Source: Squalus acanthias (taxonomy: Eukaryota). Taken from it: DNA of 64,000 nucleotides. Of this stretch, positions 38,212 through 50,424 are shown piece by piece. The stretch lies in contig CM059438.1 in the NCBI GenBank assembly GCA_030390025.1, positions 45,570,001-45,634,000 on the forward strand, given 5' to 3'. The translations under genes and the position numbers were made by a program. Each line of letters starts with the position of its first letter. Position 1 is the first letter of the stretch. The notes under the pieces are model-generated. The model saw only the letters and a list, made by a program, of their open reading frames with translations, was not told the origin of the DNA and did not search any database.

Positions 38212-38487
38212 AGGCCGAGGTTCATGGTCCAACTTTTGTTTAGTGTTTTGGACATTATCTCCAGGTTGTGAGAACCAGTTATGTTATTGACTGTTTTTTT
38301 GTGTTTATTTCTATGAGTTTGTCATGAGGAATTGACACACACAGAGTTTGTAAAATAAATAAGTTTCTGTATTCAAAATATACATGGTTGGTGTTTGGAA
38401 TTATTGGTGCCTTGGCCGGCTTAGGGGTTGCGTGCTGGTTCATTGATGTTGTTAGCAATGGCAGAAGCCATTTCCACAGCAGGGGCC

Positions 38488-39556
38488 CTAGAAGCGGCTT
38501 GCTATTAGCCGTTGACGGACGGCCCTTGCAGTTTCACCATTGTGGGCCGCCCTCCCGCCTTGGTGCTGCTGATGATCATCCTCCTCGTCCTCTTCCTCCT
38601 CTTCCTCCTCCTCCTCTGGTGGTGCTCCAAGGCCTGGTGGCATTGGCTGGGTCCTGACGATTGCCATGTTATGCAACATGCAGCACACAACTACGAAGTT
38701 GGATACTCGCTCAGGCGAGTACTGCAGGGCTCCTCCAGAATGGTCGAGACAGCGGAACCGTTGCTTCAGCACACCGATTGTGCGCTCAATGATGTTCCTG
38801 GTAGCTTGATGGCTCTCATTGTACCGCAGCTCAGCAGGGGTGTTGGGCGTACGGAGCGGTGTCATCAGCCAGGTGCTCAATGGATACCCCTTGTCCCCGA
38901 GAAGCCAACCAACTGGCTGATGCGGTGCCTCGAAAAGTTCTGCAACAGTAGTCTGGCGCAGGATAAAAGCATCGTGGCAGCTGCCAGGATAGTGGGCATT
39001 GACAGCGAGTATCAGCTGTCTGTGGTCACAGACCAACTGAACATTCAAGGAATGGAACCCCTTTCTGTTCCAGAATTCCTCGGCATTCTCATGTGGAGCA
39101 CGCAAAGCCACATGCGTGCAGTCAATGGGGAAGCCCGCTATCCTCGCAAAGCCCAGAGCGCGGTCACGCTGCTTGTCTAGGGTCATGGGGAAAGAGATGA
39201 ACTCTCGTCTCCTTTTAAAGAGGGCATTTGTGACCTGCCGGATGCAGCAATGCACCGGAACTGGGAGATATTGGCGAGGTCCCCAGCAGCAGCTTGAAAT
39301 GAGCCAGTAGCGTAGAAGTTGAGAGCCACTGTGACCTTCACTGCCACTGACAGAGACGTCCTGGACCTCAGTTGAGGCTGCAGATCTGGCTGCAGCAGGT
39401 GGCAGAGCTCAGTGACCACCTCCTTGCTGAATCGCAGCCTTCGCAAACACAGCTCCTCAGACATATGAATGTAGGAGAGCTGTTCACGATATACCCTGGG
39501 AGGGTAAGCTCTCTCCTGTACATACGCCTGTTGGCCCTCCTCCGTCTGGCCATCAT
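38488..39556 (-). pseudogene. Harbinger DDE transposase (HARBI1-like), frameshifted at ~39258 and ~39510
   Basis: VALNFYATGSFQ, IDCTHV, NRKGFHSLNVQLVCD, YPGSCHDAFIL, LLGDKGY, IERTIGVLKQRFRCL, CCMLHN. Confidence 0.93.
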
Positions 39557-40391
39557 TGCCACTCTCTCTCTGCGTCTCTGTGTCCTCCGATTCAGCTGGA
39601 ATTAGAGGAGCGCAGATATCTCTGGGGGGGTTGTGGGGTTGAAGGAAATTACAGAGATCGGGAGGGGCGAGGCCATGGAGGGATTTGAAAACAAGGATGA
39701 GAATTTTGAAATCGAGGCGTTGCTTAACCGGGAGCCAATGTAGGTCAGCGAGCACAGGGGTGATAGGCGGACGGGACTTGGTGCGAGTTAGGACACGGGC
39801 AGCCGAGCTTTGGATGACCTCGAGTTAACGTAGGGTAGAATGTGGGAGGCCAGCCAGGAGTGTGTTGGAGTAGTCAAGTCTAGAGGTAACAAAGGCATGG
39901 ATGAGGGTTTCAGCAGCGGATGAGCCGAGGTAAGGGCGGAAACGGGCGATGTTACGGAGTTAGAAATAGGCGGTCTTAGTTATGCTGCGGATATATGGTC
40001 GGAAGCTCATTTCAGGGTCAAATATGACAGCAAGGTTGCAAACAGTGTGGTTGAACCTCAGACAGATGTTAGGGAGAGGGATGGAGTCAGTGGCTAGGGA
40101 ACGGAGTTTGTGACGGGGACCGAAAACAATGGCTTTGGTCTTCCCAATATTTAATTGGAGAAAATTTCTGCTCATCCAGAACTGGATGTTGGACAAGCAG
40201 TCTGGCAATTTAGAGACCGTGGAGGGATTGAGAGAAGTGGTGGTGAGGTAGAGCTGGGTGTTGAAACTGATGCTGTGTTTTCGGATGATGTCGCCAAGAG
40301 GCAACATGTAGATGAGAAATAGGAGTGGGCCAAGGATAGATCCTTGGGGGACACAAGATGTAACGATACGGGAGTGGGAAGAGAAGCCATT

Positions 40392-43300
40392 ACATAGAAC
40401 ATAGAAGAGTACAGCACAGTACAGGCCCTTCGGCCCTCGATGTTGTGCCGAGCATTGTCCGAGACCAAGATCAAGCTATCACACTCCCTATCACTCTGGT
40501 GTGCTCCATGTGCTTATCCAATAACCGCTTGAAAGTTCCTAAAGTGTCCGACTCCACTATCACAGCAGGCAGTCCATTCCACACCCCAACCACTCTCTGA
40601 GTAAAGAATCTAACTCGGACATCCCTTCTATATCTCCCCCCATGCACCTTATAGTTATGCCCCCTTGTAACAGCTGCCTCTACCCGAGGAAATAGTCTCT
40701 GAACATCCACTCTATCTATCCCCCTCATCATCTTATAAACCTCTATTAAGTCGCCTCTCATCCTCCTCCGCTCTAAAGAGAAAAGCCCCAACTCCCTCAA
40801 TCTTTCCTCATAAGACCTCCCCCCCAAACCAGGCAGCATCCTGGTAAATCTCCTTTGCACTCTTTCCAATGCTTCCACGTCCTTCCTATAGTGAGGTGAC
40901 CAGAACTGCACACAATATTCCAAATGTGGTCTCACCAAGGTCCTGTACAGTTGCAGCATAACCTCACGGTTCTTAAACTCAAACCCTCTGTTAATAAACG
41001 CCAACACACCATAGGCCTTCTTTACTGCTCTATCCACTTGAGTGGCAACCTTCAGAGATCTGTGGATATGAACCCCCAGATCCCTCTGCTCCTCCACGTT
41101 CCTCAGAACCCTGCCGTTGACCCTGTAATCCTTATTCAAATTTGCCCTACCAAAATGAATCACCTCGCACTTATCAGGGTTAAATTCCATCTGCCATTTT
41201 TCGGCCCAGCTCTGCATCCTATCAATGTCTCTTTGCAGCCTACAACTGCCCTCCACCTCATCCACTACTCCACCAATCTTGGTGTCATCAGCAAATTTAC
41301 TGATCCACCCTTCAGTCCCCTCCTCCAAGTCATTGATAAAAATCACAAACAGCAGAGGACCCAGCACCGACCCCTGTGGCACACTGCTGGTAACTGGTCT
41401 CCAGTCCGAAAATGTTCCATCCACCACCACCCTCTGCCTTCTATGAGATAGCCAGTTACTTATCCAATCGGCCAAATTTCCCTCTATCCCACAACTCCTT
41501 ACTTTCTTCATGAGACGACCATGGGGAACCTTATCAAACGCCTTACTAAAATCCATGTATACGACATCAACTGCTCTACCTTCATCTACACACTTAGTTA
41601 CCTCCTCAAAGAATTCAATCAAATTTGTTAGGCAAGACTTACCCTTCACGAATCCGTGTTGACTATCCCTGATTAAGTTGCCCCTTTCCAAATGGTCATA
41701 AATCCTATCCCTCAGGACCTTTTCCATTATCTTACCAACCACCGAAGTAAGACTAACCGGCCTATAATTACCAGGGTCATTCCTATTTCCTTTCTTGAAG
41801 AGAGGAACAACATTCGCCACTCTCCAGTCCTCTGGCACCATCCCCGTGGACAGTGAGGACCCAAAGATCAAAGCCAGAGGCTCTGCAATCTCCTCCCTTG
41901 CCTCCCAAAGAATCCTAGGATATATCCCATCTGGCCCAGGGGACTTATCGACCCTCAGGTTCTTCAAAATTACTAAAACATCTTCCCTCAGAACATCTAC
42001 CACCTCCAGCCTATCCACCTTTATCACACTCTCATCCTCAAGAACATGGCCCCTCTCCTCGGTGAACACTGACGAAAAGTATTCATTCATCACCTCTCCT
42101 ATCTCTTCTGACTCCATGCACAAGTTCCCACTACTGTCCTTGACCGGCCCTACCCTCACCCTGGTCATTCTTTTATTTCTCACATAAGAGTAAAAAGCCT
42201 TGGGGTTTTTCTCGATCCGACCCGCCAAGGACTTCTCATGTCCCCTCCTAGCTCTCCTAAGCTCTTTTTTTAGCTCATTCCTTGCTACCTTGTACCCCTC
42301 AATCGACCCAACTGAACCTTGTTTTCTCATCCTTACATACGCTTCCTTTTTCCTCTTGACTAGACATTCAACCTCTTTTGTGAACCATGGTTCTCTCACT
42401 CGGCCATTTCCTCCCTGCCTGACAGGGACATACCTATCAAGGACACGCAGTAATTGCTCCATGAAAAAGCTCCACTTTTGTGCCTTTCCCTGATAGTTTC
42501 TGTTCCCATCTTATACTCCCTAATTCTTGCCTAATCGCATCATAATTACCCCTCCCCCAATTATAAACCCTGCCCTGCCGTATGGCCCTATCCCTCTCCA
42601 TTGCAATAGTGAAAGTTACCGAATTGTGGTCACTATCTCCAAAGTGCTCTCCCACATACAAATCAAACACTTGGCCCGGTTCATTACCCAGTACCAAATC
42701 CAACGTGGCCCCACCTCTTGTCGGCCTATCCACATATTGTGTCAGGAAACCCTCCTGCACACACTGTGCAAAAACTATCCCATCCGAACTGTTTGACCTA
42801 TAAAGGTTCCAATCAATATTTGGAAAGTTGAAGTCACCCATGACAACTACTCTGTGACCTCCACACCTATTCATAATCTGCTTTGCAATTTCTTCCTCCA
42901 CATCTTTATTACTATTTGGGGGCCTGTAGAAAACTCCTAACAACGTGACCGCTCCTTTCCTATTTCTAACTTCAGCCCATATTACCTCAGACGGCAGATC
43001 CCCCTCGAACTGCCTTTCTGCCGCTGTTAAACTATCCTTGATTAACAATGCTACTCCTCCACCTTTCTTACCAACTTCCCTACTCTTACTGAAACAACTA
43101 TACCCCGGAACTTCCAACAACCATTCCTGTCCCTGTTCTAACCATGTCTCCGTAATGGCCACCACATCGTAGTCCCAAGTACCAATCCACGCTCCAAGTT
43201 CTCCTACCTTATTCCGGATGCTCCTTGCATTGAAGTAGACACACTTCAAGCCATCTTCCTGTCTGCCGGTACATTCCTGCGACCTTGATACCCTCCTCAG

Positions 43301-43526
43301 TACCTCCCTACACTCACCACTGGCTTGTGGACTACAGCCCTTTTTCCCATCCCCCTGACAAATTAGTTTAAACCCCCCCGAAGAGCCGTAGCAAATTTCC
43401 CTCCCAGGATATTGGTGCCCCTCTGGTTCAGGTGCAAACCGTCCTGTTTGTACAGGTCCCACCTTCCCCAGAATGTGCTCCAATTATCCACATAACTGAA
43501 ACCCTCCCCCCTACACCATCCCTGCA
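40392..43526 (-). mobile_element. CR1 LINE with near-intact ORF2 and the 3' end of an esterase-type ORF1
   Basis: CCATT repeated on both sides inside the L2; ORF1 end FWGRWDLYKQDGLHLN; (TTCTATGT)n tail. Confidence 0.93.
40471..43365 (-). pseudogene. CR1 ORF2 (APE endonuclease + RT) with one frameshift near 42478
   Basis: YFNARS, ITETW, GDFN and SDH in the endonuclease; 663-aa open RT part with DFSKAFD, PQGSVLGP and KFADD. Confidence 0.92.
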
Positions 43527-44251
43527 CCATTGCAGGTGATTCTCTGGCTACAATTAAATAGATAAGAGTGGAACCAGGCGAGTGCAGTCCCACCCAGCTG
43601 GATGACGGTGGAGAGGCGTTGGAGAAGGATGGAGTGGTCAACCGTGTCAAAGGCTGCAGACAAGTCAAGAAGGACGAGAAGGGATAGTTTACCTTTGTCA
43701 CAGTCACAAAGGATGTCATTTGTGACTTTGAGAGCTGTTTCGTTACTCTGGCAAGGGCGGAATCCTGATAGGAGGGATTCAAACATGGAATTGCGGGTAA
43801 GATGGGCATGGATTTGGGAGGCGACAACATGTTCAAGGACTTTGGAGAGGAAAGGGAGGTTGGAGATGGGGCAGTAGTTTGCAAGGACGGAGGGGTCAAG
43901 GGTTGTTTTTGTGAGGAGAGGGGTGATGACGGCAGATTTGAGGGAGAGGGACAGTACCTGAGGAGAGAGAACCGTTAACAATGTCAGCTAACAGGGGAGC
44001 CAGAAAAGGAAGTTGGGTGGTCAGCAGTCTGGTGGGAATAGGGTCGAGGGAGCAGGAAGTGGGTCTCATGGACAAGATGAGCGCGGAGAGGTCATGAGGG
44101 GAGATCGGAGAGAAACTGGAGAAAGATGCGATTTCAGGGCTAGGGCAGGGGGGATCCTTAGAGGAAGTTTGGCTTGGTGGGCTAGGGGAAGGAAGGGAAG
44201 TGGCAGAGGCAGCTGATCGGATGGTCTCAATCTTAGAGACAAAGGTCCCAC

Positions 44252-44498
44252 TGTGGCGGATCGCCACCTAAAACGGGCATAATCCACTCTTCCGTCTGTG
44301 GACAAATTTCCAGCAACTTTACCTGTAAGGCAGAAGGGGGCGGGGCCTCAGGTTTTATCCAGAGAATTCTGGGAGTTTTTCCAGAGAATTCTGGGAGCAG
44401 CTCTCTCAGCCATTTTGTGTGCCATGCAGTGAATTAAAGTTTTCTTGTTTTCCACATATGGATTCAGCCTCCATTCGTGTTTTGCGGCAGCCTCAACA
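44252..44498 (+). repeat. 5' LTR (247 bp)
   Basis: 6 mismatches against 48366-48612; GC box GGGGCGGGGC; ATTAAA. Confidence 0.96.
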
Positions 44499-44499
44499 T

Positions 44500-44513
44500 T
44501 GGTGACCCCGACG
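44500..44513 (+). promoter_or_regulatory. Primer binding site complementary to the tRNA-Trp 3' end
   Basis: TGGTGACCCCGACG, 1 nt after the LTR. Confidence 0.88.
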
Positions 44514-44538
44514 CTCAGAACGTATTCCGAGCACTGCA

Positions 44539-47500
44539 ATGGCGGACATGAACGCAGTTTCCGTGAAACTGCCGGAGTTTTGGGAAAACCAGCCCGAAGC
44601 CTGGTTTCTCCAAGCTGAATCTCGCTTCCGGCTGCGAAATATCACCACAGATGGGACGAAGTACGACTATCTCGTCACATCACTCAGTAGCGCAGCAGTT
44701 TCCAAGGTTTGGACAACGCTGCAGAACCCACCAGAGGAAGGCAAGTACGCACATCTCAGAACAGCGCTCCGTAAAAAATTTAAGGCCTCGGCATATCAGC
44801 GAAACTGCCACCTCCTCGACCATCCAGGCCTCGGTGATGCCTCACCGTTAGACCTCCTCTCCCACATGCTCTCCCTCACCGACGAGAGCCCACCCGGATC
44901 CCTCTTCCGCACGCTGTTCATCCGCCAGCTCCCTCTCAGCATCCGCCCAGCGATCGTGGCGTCCGGCCTCACGAACCTGGAAGCCCTGGCCGGTGAGGCC
45001 GACAAGCTGCTGTCTGCTCACTCCAGCCGCGACGTCACTCCGGACCTGGCAGCCAATGCCTGGGCGCGCCCCTCACCATCCAGCACGCGGCCACAAGGGC
45101 CTGTCACCAGGCCCACGGGGCCTTCACGCCCCACTAACCCGGGCCACTGTTACTACCACGCACGGTTCGGCGCCAGGGCACAACGGTGCACACCTCCCTG
45201 CTCTTTCAAGTCCGCCCCCATTCCAGCCCCCGCGATGGCCGTGGGCCACGCGGGCTCCCTGCTGTTCGTCACAGATGACAAAACCGGCCGCCGGTTCCTG
45301 TGCGACACTGGGGCTCAGCACAGCATCATCCCGGCCTCCTCCCTCGACATCCAAAAGGGCGAACGAGGACCGGCGCTGGCTGCTGCTAACGGCCCGGAAA
45401 TCCGGACGTATGGCACCCGGACAGTCACCCTCGACCTCGCTGGTCACCGCTACCGATGGGAGTTCATCACTGCCAAGGTGCTCTCCCCCCTCATCGGTGC
45501 AGATTTCCTGTGTGCCCACGGCTTACTGGTAGACATCCCTCATCACCGCCTCGTGGACATGAACACCATGTCCCCCATCCTGGGCGCCATGGTCCCCTGT
45601 CAACCCGCCGATATGGCATCACAGTGCCACGCCCGGGCCACGGATGACTACTCGGCACTCCTGGCCGAATTCCCGGCCCTTACCAATCTGACCTTCTCCA
45701 CGGAGGCCGCCAAACACGGGGTGGAACACTTCATCCCCACCACAGGCCCCCCAGTGTATGTCCACGCCCGCAGGCTGGACCCGGCCAAACTGGAGATCGC
45801 ACGGACCAAGTTTGCCACCATGGAACAGCTCGGCATCATCCGCCGCTCAAACAGTCCCTGGGCCGCCCCACTCCACATCGCCCCCAAACCAGGCGGAGGT
45901 TGGCGCCCCTGCGGGGATTACCGCCGCCTCAATGACGCCACCACCCCTGATCGGTACCCCGTGCCGCACATTCAGGACTTCTCGGCTAGACTGGCCGGCC
46001 GCTCAGTCTTTTCAAAGGTCGACCTGGTGCGCGGCTACCACCAAGTCCCCGTCCACCCCGCGGACATCCCCAAGACGACCGTAATCACCCCCTTCGGCCT
46101 GTTCGAGTTCCTGCGGATGCCCTTCGGCCTCAAAAACGCGGCCCAGGCATTCCAACGGCTCATGGACTCGGTCCTTCGGGACCTGAAGTTCCTGTTCGTC
46201 TACCTGGACGACATCCTGCTAGCCAGTTCCTCCAAGCAGGAACACCTCGAACACCTTCGCATCCTTTTCGGGCGCCTCAGCGACCACGGACTCATCCTCA
46301 GCCCAGCCAAATGCCAGTTTGGCCTGGACAAGATCGACTTCCTCGGCCACCACATCACCCATGCTGGGGCCATTCCCCTGCCCACCAAGGTGCAGGCCGT
46401 CCAACAATTTCCCCGCCCCACCACCATCAAAGGCCTCCAGGAGTTCCTCGGGATGGTGAATTTCTATAACCGCTTCATCCCCAAAGCGGCGTCCCTCATG
46501 AGGCCCCTGTATGAAGCCCTCCGGGGCAGGAGCGGCAAGATGGCGGTCGAATAGACGGCAGACGCGTCCGCCGCCTTCGATTCCACCAAGACCGCGCTCG
46601 CTTATGCCACCCTGCTCGCGCACCCACGGCCCAATGCCAGGGTAGCGCTCACCACGGACGCCTCCGACCACGCGGTTGGCGCCGTGTATGAGCAGTGGGT
46701 CGACGGCGCCTGGCAACCACTTGCCTTCTTCAGCCGCCAACGACGCCCCCCGGAGGTCAAGTACAGCACCTTCGACCGCGAGCTCCTCGCGCTGTTCCGG
46801 GCGGTCCGCCATTTCCGGTTTTTGCTTGAGGACCACCCCTTCACTGCATTTGTCGACCACAAGCCCCTGACATTCGCAATGGCAAAGACAACCGACCCCT
46901 GGTCCGCCAGGCAGCAGCGCCAGCTCGCGGCAATGTCCGAGTTCACCACGGACATCCAACACGTCTCCGGCCGAGACAATGTGGTAGCCGACTGCCTCTC
47001 CCGCCCCGCCATCCACGCTGCACACCTAGCAGTTGACTACGCTCAACTCGCAGCAGACCAGATCACTGACCCTGATCTGCTCTCCGCACCCACCAACCTA
47101 CCAGGGCTACGCCTGGCCGACGTCGCCTGTGGCCTGACCGCAGTCACGGTCAAGTGCGACATATCCCTATGTCAACCTCGGCCCGTCGTCCCGGCGTCCT
47201 GGCGCCACCGGGTATTCGACATTCTCCACAACCTCTCCCACCCCGGCGCCCGCGCATCCATCAAATTGGTAGCCAACCGCTTTGTCTGGCGCGGCCTTCG
47301 CAAGGATCTGCGTACTTCGGCCAACTCCTGCCTAGCCTGCCAACGGGCCAAGGTACAGCAACACACGAAAGCACCCCTCGAGGAGTTTACCGTCCCCTCG
47401 CGGAGATTCGACCACATCCACGTGGACATCGTCGGGCCCCTGCCGCCGTCGCAAGGCCACACGCACTTGCTGACCATCGTTGACCACACCACACGCTGGC

Positions 47501-48345
47501 CTGAGGCAATTCCACTGACCTCTACCACCACCGCCGACATCGCCAGAGCCTTCGTCAGCACCTGGGTCGCACGGTTCGGCGTCCCCTCCGACATGACGTC
47601 GGACAGAGGTCCGCAATTTACCTCTGAACTCTGGACCGCCGTCGCACGCAATCTCGGGGTGACCATTCACCGCACCACAGCGTACCACCCCCAAGCCAAC
47701 GGACTGTGTGAGCGGTTCCACAGATCCTTGAAGGCATCTCTTCGAGCCAGCCTCCAAGACGGCGCCTGGACCGACCGACTTCCGTGGGTCCTCCTCGGCC
47801 TGCGCACCGCGGTTAAAGAAGACCTCCACGCATCGGCAGCAGAGCTCGTATACGGTCAGCCGCTGCGCGTACCCGGCGAGTTCCTGCCCACCGCCACGAC
47901 ACCCTGGTCAGCCGACCAGCAACGCCACGACTTCGCCTCACTGCAGTTCGCCCCGGTGCCCATTGCCCGACACGGCGAATCCACCTCACACGTCCCACTA
48001 AGCCTGCACCAGGCACGGTTTGGTTTCGTCTGGCACGACGCCCACCGCGGACCCCTTCAACCCCCGTACGACGGGCCCTACAAGGTGCTACAGGCTGGGG
48101 ACAAATTTTTCACCCTGCAAGTGGGCAACAGGACCGAAAAAGTGTCGGTGGACCGACTCAAGCCAGCACACTCGGAGCCCGGGGAGCAGGTCCCTGTAGC
48201 TCGTCCACCTCCACGCGGCCGACCTGCCCTCAAGCCGGTTCACCCGGCTGCTCCACGCCCGGCCGTTCCACGGCCACCGGTGTCCTACAAGAGCCGCTCC
48301 GGCCGGCCCATCAGACCGCCGCACCGTCTCGTCCACACCTCCTAA
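44539..48345 (+). CDS. gag-pol: gag-pol polyprotein (1269 codons) with a single in-frame TAG at 46552-46554
   Basis: ORFs 44539-46554 and 46684-48345 share one frame; LCDTGA, YLDD, TTDASD, HHCC, DDE and GPY motifs. Confidence 0.93.
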
Positions 48346-48354
48346 GCGGATTCT

Positions 48355-48362
48355 GGGGGGAG
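48355..48362 (+). promoter_or_regulatory. Polypurine tract
   Basis: GGGGGGAG just before the 3' LTR. Confidence 0.8.
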
Positions 48363-48365
48363 CTG

Positions 48366-48612
48366 TGTGGCGGATCACCACCTAAAACGGGCATAATCCA
48401 CTCTTCTGTCTGTGGACAAATTTCCAGCAACTTTACCTTTAAGGCAGAAGGGGGCGGGGCCTCAGGTTTTACCCAGGGAATTCTGGGAGTTTTTCCAGAG
48501 AATTCTGGGAGCAGCTCTCTCAGCCATTTTGTGTGCCATGCAGTGAATTAAAGTTTTCTTGTTTTCCACATATGGATTCAGCCTCCATTCGTGTTTCGCG
48601 GCAGCCTCAACA
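48366..48612 (+). repeat. 3' LTR (247 bp)
   Basis: Direct repeat of 44252-44498. Confidence 0.96.
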
Positions 48613-50424
48613 CCACCTCAATTTCTGTTCTTCCCCATTTCCCCCCAATACTGAAATATGCATGAATATTTGAATCTTAAATATCTATCTGCAAGTCTTG
48701 TGTACAACATGTAATGCACTTTCTGTAACACTTTTCTGTCATACTTTGGTCACTCCACAGGTGCATTTACACTGCAGCTACTGGTCGCTGTAGGTTGGAT
48801 CCCAACCAGGCAGATCCCTGTTTCATTTCTTGCTCTTGCCCAAAATTCAGATATTTTTCATTGCAAAGGTTCTGTAGTTTTGGTGCGTGGGTGGGAATGG
48901 AATTTAGGCCAGAGTTCCACACTCTTCTAAAATACACCGCAAATTCTGGTAGAATCGGCTGCTGGCAGATGATGACTTGGACCCTGGATCAAAGGCATCT
49001 ATCGAGAGCTAACAACACAATTTAGCAGCTTAATTGACAATGTTTAATCAACTTATCCCAGAATTGCCTCTCTGCTCTAGTCCAATGGATCCATTTTGGT
49101 CTTTAGCCAAGTGCCAATAAATGTTGTAGGCTGCATTAGTTCAGTTGTAGGACAGTTTTCTTAATGCATTCTTCTGTCATGATTCAATGAATTCTGCTCC
49201 TGTCTGCAAACACTCTAAGTGCCCTCTCTCGCTGTACCACCTTATACCGGGCATCGCGTATAGCGGGCAACACGCTTTCGCAGGAACTGGCCCGCTATAA
49301 ACGATGGGGACTGTGTTTGAACAGGAAGAATGTCAGAGGATATCGGGAAAGAGCAGGGATTCCGTTTTAGTGGAACAGCTGGCTCCGGCTCGATGGGCTG
49401 AACAGCCTCCTCCTGGGCTATAAATTCTATGATTCTACAAACAAGCTGTTTAACTTGAATAATGAGCACAGGGCTGAGAGGACACAGGCCTCAAGCAAGG
49501 TTGGCGATTAGAAAAAAAAACATTCTTTTCCCCGAGCAACAGTGGACCTGTGGAACAGGTGGTTCGGGGTCGATTGACAGTTGGATCAATGCCTGCTGAG
49601 AAGGAGATTGAGAATAATCAAGGGTTAGAGAGATATTGTTAATAGCACAATTGTCTTGTTTTTCTCTGAGGTCGCTGAGGAAGCAGCTTAGATAGTCTTT
49701 CACTTTAGAATTTCTTACCTTCTTAGGATTTTGAATGCAGATTTTAATGCATGATACATAGGAAACTCTATTCCAATTACATTCCCGATTAAGAATGTTC
49801 CACAAACGCTTAAAGATACGTTTTACAGAACTACAGATTCTGGGACAGATCATCTGCTTTTCTTTGATTCGAAAACTTACCCCGAATAATTATTTGGTTG
49901 AAGAATTACATTTGCTGATTGAAAACCTCAAAGCAGTAACTGGTCGTAACAGCAGAAAGGCAACGCTCGGAAGTGCGAAGATATTGAAAGTCATGTTGTC
50001 CCTTGCCTAAAGGCCACCTTTTCTTTGTGAGTTAAGCAATATTAGAAGTTTAATTATGTGCCAAGACTGGCAGTGAATCAATGAGCTGATGTGAGAGTGG
50101 ATAACAAGCAGAGACACTCCAACAAACAGCGCAATACAAACAGACACATCCAGGGAAGAAAGGAAATCAGAGTGTTTTCAAGATCATTGATGTTGACAAC
50201 TTCCCCCAGAAACACAACATTTTGCAAACAGCACAGGCAGACACAAGACCGCCCTGTAATTCAGCTACATCCCAAGAAATAAAAACATTTATGATAGAAT
50301 AACTAAAAAAAAACAGTAGCTGGGACCAGCAACTAGTTCAATTTTTGGTGCAACTTTTCACTCCTAGTTAAAGAATCTTCTGTAAGAACGCCGATGTGCC
50401 AAGGTCACGCACAAAGAAAGAAAG

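Larger units (their letters stand above)
36000..39595. mobile_element. PIF/Harbinger transposon with Myb/SANT (+) and transposase (-) genes; right end deleted
   Basis: Left end GGGGGAAAAATT with TTAGCGC subterminal repeats; convergent two-gene layout. Confidence 0.92.
35915..44245 (-). mobile_element. L2-clade LINE fragmented by Harbinger and CR1 insertions (pieces 35915-35999, 39596-40391, 43527-44245)
   Basis: SCSLDPIPT, LLDLSAAFDTVDH, WMSRNFLQLNIGKTK, LADLHWLPVKQRLDFKIL; 3' tail ATATAAATACAA(GTT)n at 35915. Confidence 0.85.
44252..48612 (+). mobile_element. Full-length Ty3/Gypsy LTR retrotransposon, CsRn1-like clade
   Basis: TG...CA LTRs, CCAC TSD (44248-44251 and 48613-48616), tRNA-Trp PBS, PPT, gag-PR-RT-RH-IN order, CX2HX9CX3C Gag motif. 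Confidence 0.96.

Noticed and set aside
38488-39556. Host HARBI1 gene
   Set aside because: Frameshifted, paired with a Myb gene and a transposon end, and inserted in an L2
39183-39755. Novel L2-transposase fusion protein
   Set aside because: Chance in-frame junction created by a deletion; both halves are broken
43363-43981. ORFs spanning 43526
   Set aside because: Chimeric read-through across the L2/CR1 insertion junction
46552-46554. Programmed stop-codon readthrough
   Set aside because: The TAG lies between RT and RNase H at an expected Trp, not at the gag/pol boundary; a TGG>TAG mutation is simpler
48617-48650. ATTTCCCCCC as the missing right TIR of the 36000 Harbinger
   Set aside because: No subterminal TTAGCGC repeats, and the L2 pieces show the Harbinger lies inside the L2 rather than around it
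49881-50006. Minus-strand AG...GTAAGT bounded segment as a coding exon
   Set aside because: Stops in all three frames
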